DNA of 63,784 nt, filler included, from Olpidium bornovanus S191 (taxonomy: Eukaryota > Fungi > Olpidiomycota): the NCBI GenBank assembly GCA_017911155.1. It is 25 parts of 25 records of this genome, joined end to end, with 100 filler letters (N's around TTAATTAATTAA, not from the genome) between each part and the next. Parts side by side here need not be neighbours in the genome. Positions count along the whole stretch, not along the records: positions 10,687 to 12,096 come from JAEFCI010007233.1; positions 12,197 to 14,939 come from JAEFCI010009741.1; positions 15,040 to 24,298 come from JAEFCI010001633.1; 22 more parts are not named here. One strand, written 5' to 3'. The notes beneath the pieces were generated by a model. It was given only the letters and a program-made list of their open reading frames with translations. It was not told where the DNA came from and searched no databases. Below are positions 12,003 through 23,433 of the stretch, one piece after another (position 1 is the stretch's first letter; each line of letters starts with the position of its first letter). The position numbers and the translations under genes were made by a program.

Positions 12003-12050
<48 letters not shown>

Positions 12051-13495
12051 CCCACCCGCCCCAAAACCACACCTCCCATCGGGGGACGACCGCCCCNNNN
12101 NNNNNNNNNNNNNNNNNNNNNNNNNNNNNNNNNNNNNNNNTTAATTAATTAANNNNNNNNNNNNNNNNNNNNNNNNNNNNNNNNNNNNNNNNNNNNCATG
12201 TTGTACGACGCGTTAACGCAGATTGACGCAGGGTGTTGCGCTCCTTCGGTTCTTTACTCAAGTTCGGTTTTTCAAAACCTCCTTTGTGACGTCGACCGTT
12301 CGCGTCAAGGGAAGCTAAAAGCGCGAGCAAACGCAGACAAAGAACACGAAAGCGAGCGTATTCTCACTGCCCTAACCCTACCCCTAAACCGCCGCATTTC
12401 AGCTCTGGGGTGAACGGCCGCACCGAGGACACGCGTGAAATGCCAACTTTTTTGGTCTTTCTGTGGAAAAGAAACCGGTGAACTGATGACTGGCGAGCAA
12501 ATTCTTTGCGGCCGTGCTGGCTGTACCTCCTTTCCCCTCTGGTCGAAGTGCCTGGGGAATATTGCGTGCGTGGTGGAATCCCGACTCCGCGCGTTCGCGG
12601 TGCCTACCGAAGCGCGTGGCGCGAAATGATTGGCCCTCCGTCGCAGTTTGTCTTTGTGGCTTGTTTCACAAGCGTTTTTTTTTTCCTCGGCGCGCGCGTG
12701 TGTGTCACACGCGACGCCAGCAGGGGAGGTTTGGGGGGTTGGGCGGGCCGGAGGGGAAACCGACGTGTTCCGCATTTCACGGGACAACTGCGCGACTCCG
12801 ATCTGATTACGGAACAAAAAAAACCAAAACAAATCCGAACATCGGACAAAGGTCAATCGGTCAATCAACAAAATCACGTATTCAAAAATGTTAATGTTCT
12901 ACATTAACGCACGGGAGGGGGGGGGGGGGATGGGGGGAGGGAAGGGGGAAGAACTTCTGCTTGCTTTCCACCCCTTAATGTCTGTTCTCCCGCCGTCTGC
13001 TTAACAAAATAGTTCCGGACGGTTTTACATATATGCTGAAACTAACAAAAAAAAATGTAAAATGAAGAAAGTAGTTATGCGGAGTAACAGGAGGTGGGGT
13101 TGGGATGTAAAGGTAAACTAAGTTGGGCGAAAAAACGTGAGGGAAGAAACTAAAAGTTATTTCTGAGAAAGACAATGTGGGCGAAAAAAGAGGCGTGCGC
13201 ACGCAGTTCCGGAGAATTAGGCGCAGTTTAACTACAGTGACTACAAAAATCCGACCGTCGGCCAGCGGGGAAGGAGGGGAAAATACAAAAAAAAAAAAAC
13301 AAGTTGGCGAGCGGTAAAATATCTAACATGCGTTTTCTGATAGGCAACATTAACAAAATCGAGCAGAAAAGGGGATCGACGTTTTCAGAAGTGAACACGT
13401 CACCTTGGGCTCAAGCGGCGAGAGTCACCGAAGTCCCCTGCCCATCTCCCCTTCCTCCCGGCCTTTTCCCCCCCCCCCCCCCCCATCCGTTCATC

Positions 13496-14939
13496 TCAGG
13501 CCGCGTCTCTATATGCCCACGCTTCCTCCGAACAGACCGTGGACGCGGCGGAGAAGGAGAGGGGCGACGACCACGCGGGCGATGGGGGCACAGAGCACTC
13601 GTCCTCGGCCGCGTCGAGCAAGACTTCGCACTCGAAGGCGGAATTGCATTGCAGCCTCAGACGCGGCGCGCGGGCGCGCGCCGGCGTCACGACAGCTGCG
13701 GGACTGGAGGCTGTCGTGGCACCAGCGGGGGCTTCGGCTTGCGCCGCCGGAGCGTGTGGGGCGGGCGGCGGCGGCGGCCACACGTCCCGGATCTTGACGC
13801 CGGACCCTCCCCCCTCCAGCTCCCGGCTGCGTAGGTACAGCTCCCCCTCGGTCTGCGGACAGGCCAGGACGTCCGAAATCCACCGCAGAACGTCGGGCCG
13901 CGAAGCCGCTCTGTACGTGCCTTGCTGGGCGATCACGATGGATCGCAGGAGATGCGAAATCCGGCGGAACTTGCAAAGGTTCACTACAGGTAGCGAGCAG
14001 GCTTCCGCGTCCTTATGTTCCGCGTCTGGAGGCAAGTATGAAGGGTTGCCGACTTCCGCGAAGACCTGCGAAAACACAAGTATGGGGTTTAAAAGGCTGA
14101 CAATATAGGCGTAGGAAGGGTTCCATCAACCAATCAACAGGCGTTGCCTGGTAAATGGCAGACAAACCTGGTCTTTGAGGTTCACGCCCTGAGCGAACAG
14201 AAACACGGATGGCAGCAAAACGGCGAAGGATGTCATCAGAAACACCGTGCCTCAGTGCGAACATCAGACGGTTCCGAAACTTACAAGATACGGAACCCAA
14301 GGCCCATCCCAGCTTCCCGTCTTCTCGGCGTCCTCCTTCAACCGCTTCCGATATTCCCGGTGGTTGTCTTCCGAACTCACGAGGCGAGAGATGTACTCGA
14401 ACTCCCTGCGGAACTTGCGCGGGACGGCGTCCCATGTGTCCCGAAGCCGGCGCACGGGTCCCAGGCCCAGTCCGGCCATGATTTCGAAACAGGTGTTATA
14501 CGCTCTCAGCTTGTTCAGGCAGTGGCGCGCGGTGATGATGAAAGCGGAGATGGCTAAAGCGCGCGTGGTGGCATCGCGGTAGCGGAGCACTTCGGTTGCA
14601 CATCTAATTTACAAACGCGTAGGGTGGCATCAGTCGAAAAGAAAGAGAATAAGACCTCGGAATATTTCTAGTTCACTCATTCGGATTTGAGATTCCAAAG
14701 CCGCTTGGCTTACCCGTAGGCCACGCGGTCGAACCAGAGTATGAACCTCCTCAGATTCGGCGCCTTGGCCTCCCTCATTCCTGGCGATGACATCCACGCC
14801 TGGTTGATGAACTCCGGAACTTTTATCTTGCTGAACGCTCCGTGTTCCAAGATAGCCAGCTCTTGCGCTAAATGAACCGGGTCAAGCCCAGAGAGCGGCG
14901 CCGCCCCGTCCTTTTCCTCAGATACTTTAAGCGTCATGG
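13496..14939 (-). CDS. CDC25-type RasGEF catalytic domain, multi-exon, 5' truncated
   Basis: LDPVHLAQELAILEHGAFSKIKVPEFINQAW; LRAYNTCFEIMAGL...VRRLRDTW; PWVPYL|GVNLKDQ|VFAEVGNP...VVNLCKFRRI. Canonical gt..ag introns. Confidence 0.9.
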
Positions 14940-15193
14940 NNNNNNNNNNNNNNNNNNNNNNNNNNNNNNNNNNNNNNNNNNNNTTAATTAATTAANNNNN
15001 NNNNNNNNNNNNNNNNNNNNNNNNNNNNNNNNNNNNNNNCATGGTGACCACGTCACCCTCCACCCCGGCACACCTCGCGGACGCGCTTCGTTTCCGCGCG
15101 CGGTGTTTCTGGTCGCTCAGAACGGGCGGGCTTTCGTCCCAAAAGCAAAACGGACGCAAACTCCTTTTCTCGCCCAAACGCCGGCACCCCCCC

Positions 15194-15229
<36 letters not shown>

Positions 15230-15373
15230 CCGCTTGGGCAGACAGCGAGGAAGACAAAAACCGTCGAAAGGTCGCCCGGGGCCGCGCGCGCAAGCGCGCG
15301 CGTTTTTTCCGAACAAGACAAGAAAGTAGAAACGGGGACAAAGAAATACATATATATGTATATAAAAAAAAAA

Positions 15374-15736
15374 ATGCCGCCGGCGGACCCGCTCAACCGG
15401 CGGCCGTCCCGAATCGGGAGCGGGCCCCCGGCCATGTCGCGCAGGGGGAGCGCGGCGCTCGGCCGGCGCACGTCCTTCGCCGGGGCCAGGCCGGGGACGG
15501 CGGGCGAGAGCGAGGCGAGCTTCGGTGCGCCGGACGAGCGCTGGGCGGCGGCGGCGGCGGACGACAGCCGCGCGAGCTCGCCGTCGTCGCTCAGGCTCCG
15601 GAGGCCGCCCGACCGGCTGTCGTGGGACCGGCGCAGCCCCGTGCACCTGTGCCTGAAGCCGCACCCTCAGGCCCCCTGGCGCCACCTGCACAACCCGCAG
15701 GACAGAGTCTTCGAGTCGCCCGTCGACTACTTCGGC

Positions 15737-15771
<35 letters not shown>

Positions 15772-16750
15772 TGCGCAGGCCGGGCGGGCGGCTTCGCCGG
15801 GCGCCGACACCGCGAGAGACCTCGAAGCCCGAACCCCTTCAACCGCACGTCCCGATTCTCCCGGGAGGGCGGGGGGCCTCGGCGAGGTGCCGAGCCTCGC
15901 CACGCCGTCCGCCGCCGTCAACGCGGCCCGTCCGGCCGAGCGAGACTCGAGCGGACCGCCGCTGCCGCCGCAGGAGGCCGCCCGCGCATTGGACCTGATC
16001 AGGCGCTACAAAACGCGGGACCTCTCGGCGTCCAAGGTCCGCCGCTTCCTGGTGGGGCTCGTGGCGGCGAACACCGGGTGCCAGGTTCGCGTCTTGTTCG
16101 CGCCCCTGTGCGAGGGGACGGACAGGATCCCCGCGGCGATGACCCCGTTCGAGACCTTCGTGTCAAACTACTACAGGCCGCGGCCGGCCCGGGTTTCCCG
16201 GCGCAACACCATCGTCATCAAGGCGCCGGAGCCGCCGGAGCCGCCGGCGAGCCCCCAGCGCCGGCGGACGATGACGCCGACGCTGAAAAAGGCGCAAAGG
16301 GCGAAAAAGCCAACGCCCGGGCCGGAGCCGGCAAGGCCGCCCACTCTCCGAGACCTGACGGCCGCGGCGGGGGCGGCGGAAGCGCCGGCGGCTGGGCCGC
16401 CGCGGCCAGCAGACGCCGCCGTGGGCCGCCTGGGATCTTCAGTGAGCCACCTCTCGCGCGCGACCCGCATCTCCCGGTGCGCCTCGGCGCCGGCGCCGGC
16501 GTGGAAGCTCGCCGAGCTGCCGGCCGCGACGCCGCGGCGCGGCTCCGACGGCGCGATCGGGTTCCGGACGTGCCGGCGCGTGGTCTCGGACGTCCAAACG
16601 GCGACGATGTTCCGCTCGAGCATCCTGCGCTCCGTTTCGTCGGTGAAAGTCGCCGCGCCCGATGGTGAGCGCGCCGGCCCGAACTTTCGCGAGGCTGCGC
16701 GCCGGTTGTTGGCGATGCGTTTTCGGCGGCTGACAGACCGGGCGCTTTAA
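15374..16750 (+). CDS. Large Pro/Ala/Arg-rich hypothetical protein (possibly 5' part of one gene with 16841-19123)
   Basis: Long GC-rich open frame beginning at ATG after an A-tract. Mostly low complexity, with one ordered-looking island (LDLIRRYKTRDLSASKVRRFLVGL...FETFVSNYY). Confidence 0.45.
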
Positions 16751-16840
16751 ACGCCAAAAAATAAAAAAAAACCGTCCGGAGGTCGAACAAGCGGACCTCA
16801 GGATTCCGCGGGAGTCGAGACGGCAGATGTTCCGGCCGGC

Positions 16841-19123
16841 TTGGAACCGACCGCGTCAAACGAGCGTGCTGCGGAAGCAGCGCCCGGAGCAGCCCGGCGT
16901 GCGTCTGAGGCCGACGAGCCGGCGGAATCTGACCTTCGGCAGGCGGTCCTGCCCTTGGCACCGGGCGCGATGCGCGCAAAGTCGCAGTCGCGGACGCCGG
17001 AACGTCCGACGGAGCTCGCGCCGTTGCACCCGGACCGCGGCGGCCAGGCGCCTTCCCGGCCGGCGACAGGTTTCGGTTTGGGAGCGGATCCTGGGAAACC
17101 GCCTTCCGCGCCCGGTAGGGCCTTGACGATGACGACGACGGCGACGACGACGCCGACCGGCTCGCGACCAACGTCGCACGCGAGCGCAGGGCGCGCGCTG
17201 TCGGCGCTCGCATCGAGGATCAAGCCGAGCAGCGAGACGGAATCCTCGCTTTGCCTGTCTCCCGCGCGGCGTCGCAGGTTGGGAAAGGCGCGGGCCGCCC
17301 ACCCCAAGAGTGCCCCTGCGGTCGAGCAGGACCTGCCCAGGCGGGTCAAAGAGAAAGCGGAGATCCAGCAGATCATCCAGCGCCTGGAACGTTACGGCCT
17401 GCTGGTCCGGAAGCCGCTTCCGCCGGTGGCGGACGCGGCCGGGTCAACCGGGACCTCGGCTTCGGCAGGCGCCGGCGGCTCCTTCGACGGGCTCTCGCGA
17501 CGTCCCCAGGCGCCCGGGTCCATCACGCCCCTGCGGGCGTCGAAGACCGCTGAGCCGCGCCGCACGCCGCGGTACCAGGAGAGCGCGGAGGCGGCGCGGG
17601 GCGTGGCGCGGCGGCCCAAAACCATCGACTGCCGCGCCGTCGAGCGCGCGATTTTCACCCCGCAGGAGATGTACCCCCCGCCGAAACGTTGGCGCTCGGA
17701 CGACGACGGCGCCACGAAACACCTTCCGCTCTGGAAGATGGTGCGCGCCGACCGGCTGCGCATCGCTGCCCTGGCTGCGGCGGCGGTGGCCAAAAACTCC
17801 TCCGCCGCCAGGTCCGCGAGGGGCTCCGGCGCGGGAAGTCACCCGCCGCAGACGATCAACCTGCGGCTGTTCCTGATCAAGAGTTCAGAGCGCCGAATAA
17901 ACCAGATGCGCTGCGAGGTCGACGAGTGGAGCCAGTTGACGAACCGGATTCTCCAGAAACCGCCGCGCCTCGCGGGGCACCGTTTCCGACAGACGTCCTC
18001 GGCTGAGACGGGGGCGGGGCCAGCCGTGACTACGGGGTACGCTGGCCGCGCATTAAACGCCGGCTTACCGGAGCCCGGCGTCGAAAAGCCTACGACGGGG
18101 CAGCAGGCGGGAGCACGTTTCGCGTCCGAGCCGCCCGGCAGGTCCGGTCCGCGGCGGAGATCCGCGTTGCCTGCGGGCACGCAGCTGCCGAAGAGACCGT
18201 CGACGCACGGCGGCGCGGGCGTCGCCAGCGCGACCGAGCCCACGGAGTCCGGCGGCTCGCCGTCTGCTAACGGCGCGTCCGCCAGCCCGGCTCCACCGTC
18301 GTCGTCCCAAGGACAACCGCCCGACGCGGACGGGCCGGGAACGCGGAGATCCGGACGAGAGGGCGGGCCGCGGACCCGCAGAGGTCGCAGGCGGTCGACA
18401 TCGCGCGAGCCGGGCGAGAGGAAGGCGGGCGTCCGCATTCTGAAGGAGACCATCAACTCGCGGAACGGCCGGACCGACTCCTTCTGGCACTGGAACGAGT
18501 ACGCCGGCGTCCGAGAGGGGTGGCTCGGCAAGAAGGCGAAGCTCGTGTCCATCTCGGAGGGACGGCGCACCCGCACCGCGCCCGGTGGCCGGCGCGAAGG
18601 GGACCACCCCGGCCGCCCGGCGACCTCCGCCGGCGCGCGGCGCCGCGACGCAGCCGCCGCCGCCGCCTCGAGCGAGGAGGATTTGCGGATCGCGGAGCCG
18701 GTCCAGCGCACCGTCAGCTTCGCGAAAATCACGCGCGACCTCGTCTCGGCTCGACGGGAGCGCAAAGAGGGTAACTGGTTCCCGAGCAGGCCGGCGGCCC
18801 GCGGCGGCGGCGGCGGCGGCGGGGGCCGCGCGGACGGCGGCCGCGAGCCCTGGAAGGCGGCGGCGAAGCGCCTGCCGGCCTGGAGGACGGCCGCGCTGCA
18901 GCGGCGAAACTCGGCGTCCGCGCTCGCCCCCGGCCCCGAGGCACCGCCGCGCGGGGAGAGCGCGCGCGGCAGCGTCTTCCCGCGCGTCCCGGTGCTCGAC
19001 GCCCTGGCCGCGCGGGCGCTGCTCGCGCGGCGGCTGGGCGAGGGCGAGAAGCCGCCCAGCCCCCCACGCGGCGGCACGTACGTGCAGGAGTACTTTGCGC
19101 GGTACCGCCCCGCGGTCCTGTGA
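16841..19123 (+). CDS. Large low-complexity hypothetical protein (760 aa)
   Basis: Long open frame with islands EIQQIIQRLERYGLL, INLRLFLIKSSERRINQMRCEVDEW and SFWHWNEYAGVREGWL. No family recognised. Confidence 0.5.
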   Translation: MEPTASNERAAEAAPGAARRASEADEPAESDLRQAVLPLAPGAMRAKSQSRTPERPTELAPLHPDRGGQAPSRPATGFGLGADPGKPPSAPGRALTMTTTATTTPTGSRPTSHASAGRALSALASRIKPSSETESSLCLSPARRRRLGKARAAHPKSAPAVEQDLPRRVKEKAEIQQIIQRLERYGLLVRKPLPPVADAAGSTGTSASAGAGGSFDGLSRRPQAPGSITPLRASKTAEPRRTPRYQESAEAARGVARRPKTIDCRAVERAIFTPQEMYPPPKRWRSDDDGATKHLPLWKMVRADRLRIAALAAAAVAKNSSAARSARGSGAGSHPPQTINLRLFLIKSSERRINQMRCEVDEWSQLTNRILQKPPRLAGHRFRQTSSAETGAGPAVTTGYAGRALNAGLPEPGVEKPTTGQQAGARFASEPPGRSGPRRRSALPAGTQLPKRPSTHGGAGVASATEPTESGGSPSANGASASPAPPSSSQGQPPDADGPGTRRSGREGGPRTRRGRRRSTSREPGERKAGVRILKETINSRNGRTDSFWHWNEYAGVREGWLGKKAKLVSISEGRRTRTAPGGRREGDHPGRPATSAGARRRDAAAAAASSEEDLRIAEPVQRTVSFAKITRDLVSARRERKEGNWFPSRPAARGGGGGGGGRADGGREPWKAAAKRLPAWRTAALQRRNSASALAPGPEAPPRGESARGSVFPRVPVLDALAARALLARRLGEGEKPPSPPRGGTYVQEYFARYRPAVL

Positions 19124-20470
19124 TCGTCGTAGAACGAAAACCGGGGCATCGGGAGAGGAGGGCGGTGTGCACGTCGCGTTCCATCCGGCCTCTCTAAACA
19201 CCGTCGGCGCGCAGGGGGGGAAACGAAACCGACGCGCCGAGGAAAGGAGGCGGCTGCCCTCCGCAAGAAGGCCAGGGAGCCGTCGAGGACCGCGGTAGCT
19301 CCGACGACGGCACGCTGGCCAACCACGGCACGGCAGTCGTCCGGTCCCAGCCCGAGGGGTGTTTTGTTTTCCCCATCGCGCTGTGGGGAGTGCCGTGAGC
19401 CGCGCAGATATAGCAGGCGTCAATTGACGTCGACCAAGTCGTCCGTCCGGCGCTCTGCGGCATACCGGGGTCTTTTCCGGGCGCAGACAATTCGGAGGAA
19501 ACGGAGCTCCGGGTAACAATCACCATATCAGCAGGCAGCGGATGTGCGCCGGCCTGTGACCGCCCGCTTACGTACGACCGCTGAGAAGGGAGCGTCGCGC
19601 GAAAAGGGCCCGGCCTCCCTTTTTAGCAGCTGTAGAATAAAGGGACACCGAGCGCACCAGCCCGCGTTACCCTGCGTAGAATCCTTAGTCACCGCCACAT
19701 AAAATAGGGCCAGAGGAAACTATCATAGTAAACAAACGCCCCGAACACGGAATAAAGTTCTCCTTTCTTCGCCTGAGCCAACCCCGGGAGAGGGAGACGG
19801 GGACGCCCGAGCTTGGATAAGGAACTCTATTCATCGGTATGGAATCTCTATCTGGTTTTAGCCATTTTATAGTATGGGCTTCCCTGGGGGCATATATAAA
19901 GAAAAAAAAAACAGAAAAGAAGGTACACGGCCGGCCGCCAAAAAAGAAAAGCACCACATGCGCGATGAGGACCCTGCTATGCCGTGCTTCGTTGCCCCGT
20001 GAAATTCTCATACAAACATTACTGTGATTCTACAAGTTCGCAAGCAGAAAGTATAGTGAGCAAACAAGGTGAACGGCCGGCCACAAAAATTAAAAAAGCA
20101 CCATGTACTCGATGTAAGACCTTCTGTGGCATCTAAAAAAAAGCCCCGCGTACGCGATATAGGACCCTGCTATGCGGTCGTTTCGTTATCCCACCGAATT
20201 TTCATACAGGAGTCAGAAGTCGACGAATCGGAATCTGAGTTCGAGTTTGAAAGCGCTGCCTCTCAACATGTAGAGGAATCTGCGCCTGATTTCAAAATTT
20301 ACATTTTGTTGTGAACTTTGACACCTTATGACGAAGGACAAAAATTTTGTTTAACATTTTGTCTATGTATTTGTCTTGATTTGCCTTAATTTGTTTTAAT
20401 TATGTGTCTTTGTCTTGATGTCTTGTATATGTCACCAAAACAAGATTACCCCAATTTAATCCTGTCATGC

Positions 20471-20520
20471 CACAGTCCATGTATCACCCCGCAGTACTAG
20501 GGGGTGATACATGGACTGTG
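20471..20520. repeat. Perfect 20-bp hairpin, 10-nt loop
   Basis: cacagtccatgtatcacccc / gcagtactag / ggggtgatacatggactgtg. Confidence 0.95.
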
Positions 20521-20578
20521 ACACCCTGCCCCACAAAGGTAGGAAACCGGGGGATTCAGTGAAGTCCTGGCACGAACA

Positions 20579-20954
20579 ATGCTAGGAAGTGTACCGACCT
20601 ACAACGGCGGCGGCGGAGCACCCACACTGCTGGCCTTCTGCAACAAACTGGGGATGGCAGCAGAACAAGCACAACTGACCAGCAAGGAGACGTTAACGCT
20701 AGCTGTCAACAGATCAACAGGAGACACGGCGACCCTCTGGCTGAGTCACGTGAAGGAGTACCCCAGAGGTGACTACCAGTGCTTGCCAAGTTTGGAAGAA
20801 CTGTGAGAAAGGCTAAGCAGCATTTTCTATCCAAAAGAGCACGCCCAGACCATAATCGGCACCCTCCTAAAGCTCATGCAAAGCAGATGTGGAGATGACT
20901 TGGAAAGATACATATGAATTAACTCGGCCTTCCTGCAGCTTCAGTCGCATTATG
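20579..20954 (+). mobile_element. Degenerate retrotransposon gag (Gypsy-like capsid), interrupted by a Copia LTR
   Basis: MLGSVPTYNGGGGAPTLLAFCNKL...LAVNRSTGDTATLW with downstream stops; homologous to the gag at 43701-44096. Confidence 0.65.
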
Positions 20955-21079
20955 TGTTTCACCGCGTAGGCGTTTATTCAAGGGGGGGGGCGGTTACCCA
21001 TAAAGTACATTGAACATTGAGGGTTTCCGGGTAACAGCAGAAAGAAGAAAGAAACGGAAAGAAAAAAAAACTGCTAACA
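20955..21079 (-). mobile_element. Short (~125 bp) 3' LTR of the Copia element
   Basis: On the minus strand, the RNase H end ADIFTKALSTPRF...LGL is followed by the purine tract aaggaggag, then TGTTAG...AATAAA...GAAACA. Confidence 0.65.
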
Positions 21080-22896
21080 CTCCTCCTTGTTGCTAACGAG
21101 GCGTAATCCAAGTTCAGCAACATATTCAACAAAACGAGGGGTAGACAAAGCTTTTGTGAAAATATCAGCGACATTGGCTGATGTGAAATTGATTAAGGAT
21201 CAATCTGTTTAGCTTGGACGTGGTCTCGCACAAAAAAATGCTGAACATCGATGTGCTTGGAGCGAGCGGTCGTAATTTGAAGTTGAGGACGATCTAGCTC
21301 AAGAGCTCCTCTATTATCGATGTAACGTTGGGTCGGTGCCTCACATGCATCAATCGCCATCAAAAGTTTCCGAAACCATATGATCCCGCACAAGCCTCTC
21401 CCGGGACCGGAGTAAGTCCGATTGCCGTTAACTCGGCATTTACCGTTGTATGCCATTCGTAAGCTGATTGGCGAAGTCCACACAAGGCACGCTTGAGTTA
21501 CCAGACATGCATCGGGTGTATCGGATCCACAGCGCCTTGTGGTTGTTCAATGAATACCATGTGATTCAATGGGGCCTTAAGATAAGCAGTAATCACATCA
21601 TGACTGCGAATAGTCCATCCATGGGCGGTTGCGTGTGCTATCATTGTCTGTACCGCCACATGTGAAATAACTGGTGCAAATGTTTCACCGAAATCCACGT
21701 CGAATGTCTGTGTGAATCCTTGAGCAACAAAACACGCTTTATACTTGTCTGCTTAGCCATCAGGTCGAAGCTTCGTTTTGAAGACCCATTTTCCAGAACA
21801 AATAGGATGGTCTGCTGGACGCGGCTCAAGGTCGAAGGCATCGTGGTCCTTTAGGCTGGCGATTTCCGCATCGATAGCGTGCTGCCATTTTGCGCAATGC
21901 GGAGACGACAGGGCTTCGTGGATAGTTGACGAGTCATCATTCCCAGACTGAGGATTGCTTGACAATAAGGCAATCAAAAACTGGTTGCCGGCCAGGTAAT
22001 TTTCAAGAAGACGGTTGCACGAGAGGTTTTTTGATGCTTCCCACGTGTTGTCAGAAAATGGAAAACCGCGCCACTTAATGAGAAATGAAAAATTGCTTTG
22101 CGGTGGTTGACTATGCGCTCAACCTCGAACTCCTCCTCCTCATCAGGTATTTACAAAGTAAAGTGTCAGGATGGGGCGATGAGTGGGATCAGTTTTGTAC
22201 AAACGATTCTCATCAAAGGTGACATTGTAGCGTTCTGCGACGGCTGGGGTGGGGGGATTCCATATCCGATACTTTTTTGATGTGGTCGAGTATCCGACGG
22301 GGTAGCAGATCTCTGCGGCTTCTGCCAGTTTGTTTGGTTGATCTGCCTTTGGGATATGAACAATGGTCGTGTATCCTAGGACGCGCAGATGGCTATGGAT
22401 CATGGTCGGTTCGTGTCCTATGTGATGCAAGAGAAACAGGATTTGGACTTGATGGCTGAGTAAGGAGAACGGTTATAAATGTAGACAACGGGATTCCATA
22501 ATCTCGTCTCAAAAAATTATTGGCAAACCGGGATCGATTAACATGGCTCGCACTTGTTCAGAAATGGGCCGGTTAAATTGCTCTGCAATTCCATTTTGCT
22601 TGGGAATTTTGTGAATAGTAAGTTGCATTTGAATTCCTATGTTCACTAAATACTCGCAAAGTGAATCTGATAGATCCTCCCCGCCGCTGTCTGTCCGTAA
22701 TGACTTGATTTGCTTGCCGATGAGACGTTCAGCTCGGAGTTTTATAGTCATGAAACTGGAGCTAATGGTGTTGCTTGCTTTGTCGGGAAGTACGGAAGAA
22801 TAAGCATAATGAGAGTAGTGGTCGATCCAGCTCACCACGTATCTATTTCCTTGAGAAGAATATGCCATTGGCCTGATCACATCCGAATGTATCAGC
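21074..22896 (-). mobile_element. Decayed Ty1/Copia pol: integrase - chromodomain - RT (internally deleted) - RNase H
   Basis: Integrase LIHSDVIRPM...WIDHYSHY...LRTDSGGE...QNGIAEQFNR; LRVLG...VGYSTTSKKYRIWNP; KWQHAIDAEIASL...KWVFKTK; ETFAPV...DVITAYL...LKRALCGLRQSAYEW; RSKHIDVQHFFVRDHV...ADIFTK. The INT-RT-RH order is Copia-type. The YVDD region is lost in a deletion near 21400. Confidence 0.92.
21993..22143 (-). other. Chromodomain within Copia pol
   Basis: DEEEEFEVERIVNHRK, one frameshift, then FLIKWRGFPFSDNTWEASKNLSCNRLLENYL, which continues without a stop into the Copia pre-RT motif. Confidence 0.88.
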
Positions 22897-23417
22897 TGTG
22901 CTGTGCCACGGCCCTAGCCCCGACCGTTGCCCTACACCAAGGAGGAAGCCACGGAAGGCGGTGGCGGGCGGGAGGCAGAGGCGGGGACAAGACGGCCTGG
23001 GGCCCGAACAATGGGATAGTTCCCCCCTCAGAGCCCGCCAATAGAAGAGCCCCCCCTCCTTCAATAACGCCACATGCGGGAACCCACCGCCAACCACCCC
23101 CCCCCCCCTCCCCCCCTAGTAGGAGATACTGCCCACGTTTGGCAACTGCGCGCAAGCACGGAGCCCCGCGTGGAGAACACGACCGCGCGGAGAAGCAACC
23201 GTGTTGGCGGACGAGCAAGGACCGACTCGGACGACGTCCTGCGCCGATCGGTCTCATAGGACATAAATAGCGCTCGTCTCGCCCCGTAGCTCCGCCCCCC
23301 AACCGACCTGCAATTCCCCAGTTCACAGTTCTTTTCCCACTCGTAAGCGCGTCACCTTACCTGAAGCACTCGAACCTGAATTCGTAATAAAAGAGACTTG
23401 AACCTAGCCGCAGTACA
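22897..23417 (+). mobile_element. 5' LTR (~520 bp) of a Ty3/Gypsy element, followed by PBS TGGTAGCAAC (23418-23427)
   Basis: TGTGCTG...CAGTACA imperfect inverted termini, internal cataaata and aataaa. The following TGGTAGCA resembles tRNAiMet 3'-end primer sites. Copia integrase homology stops at the left edge. Confidence 0.7.
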
Positions 23418-23433
23418 TGGTAGCAACACCTTT

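Noticed and set aside
12369-12390. ccctaaccctaccctaaa as a telomere
   Set aside because: Only about three degenerate units, and internal to the contig.
19925-20210. Imperfect ~150-bp intergenic duplication (cggccggcc...ggaccctgctatgc...tcataca)
   Set aside because: Two diverged non-coding copies with no further structure.
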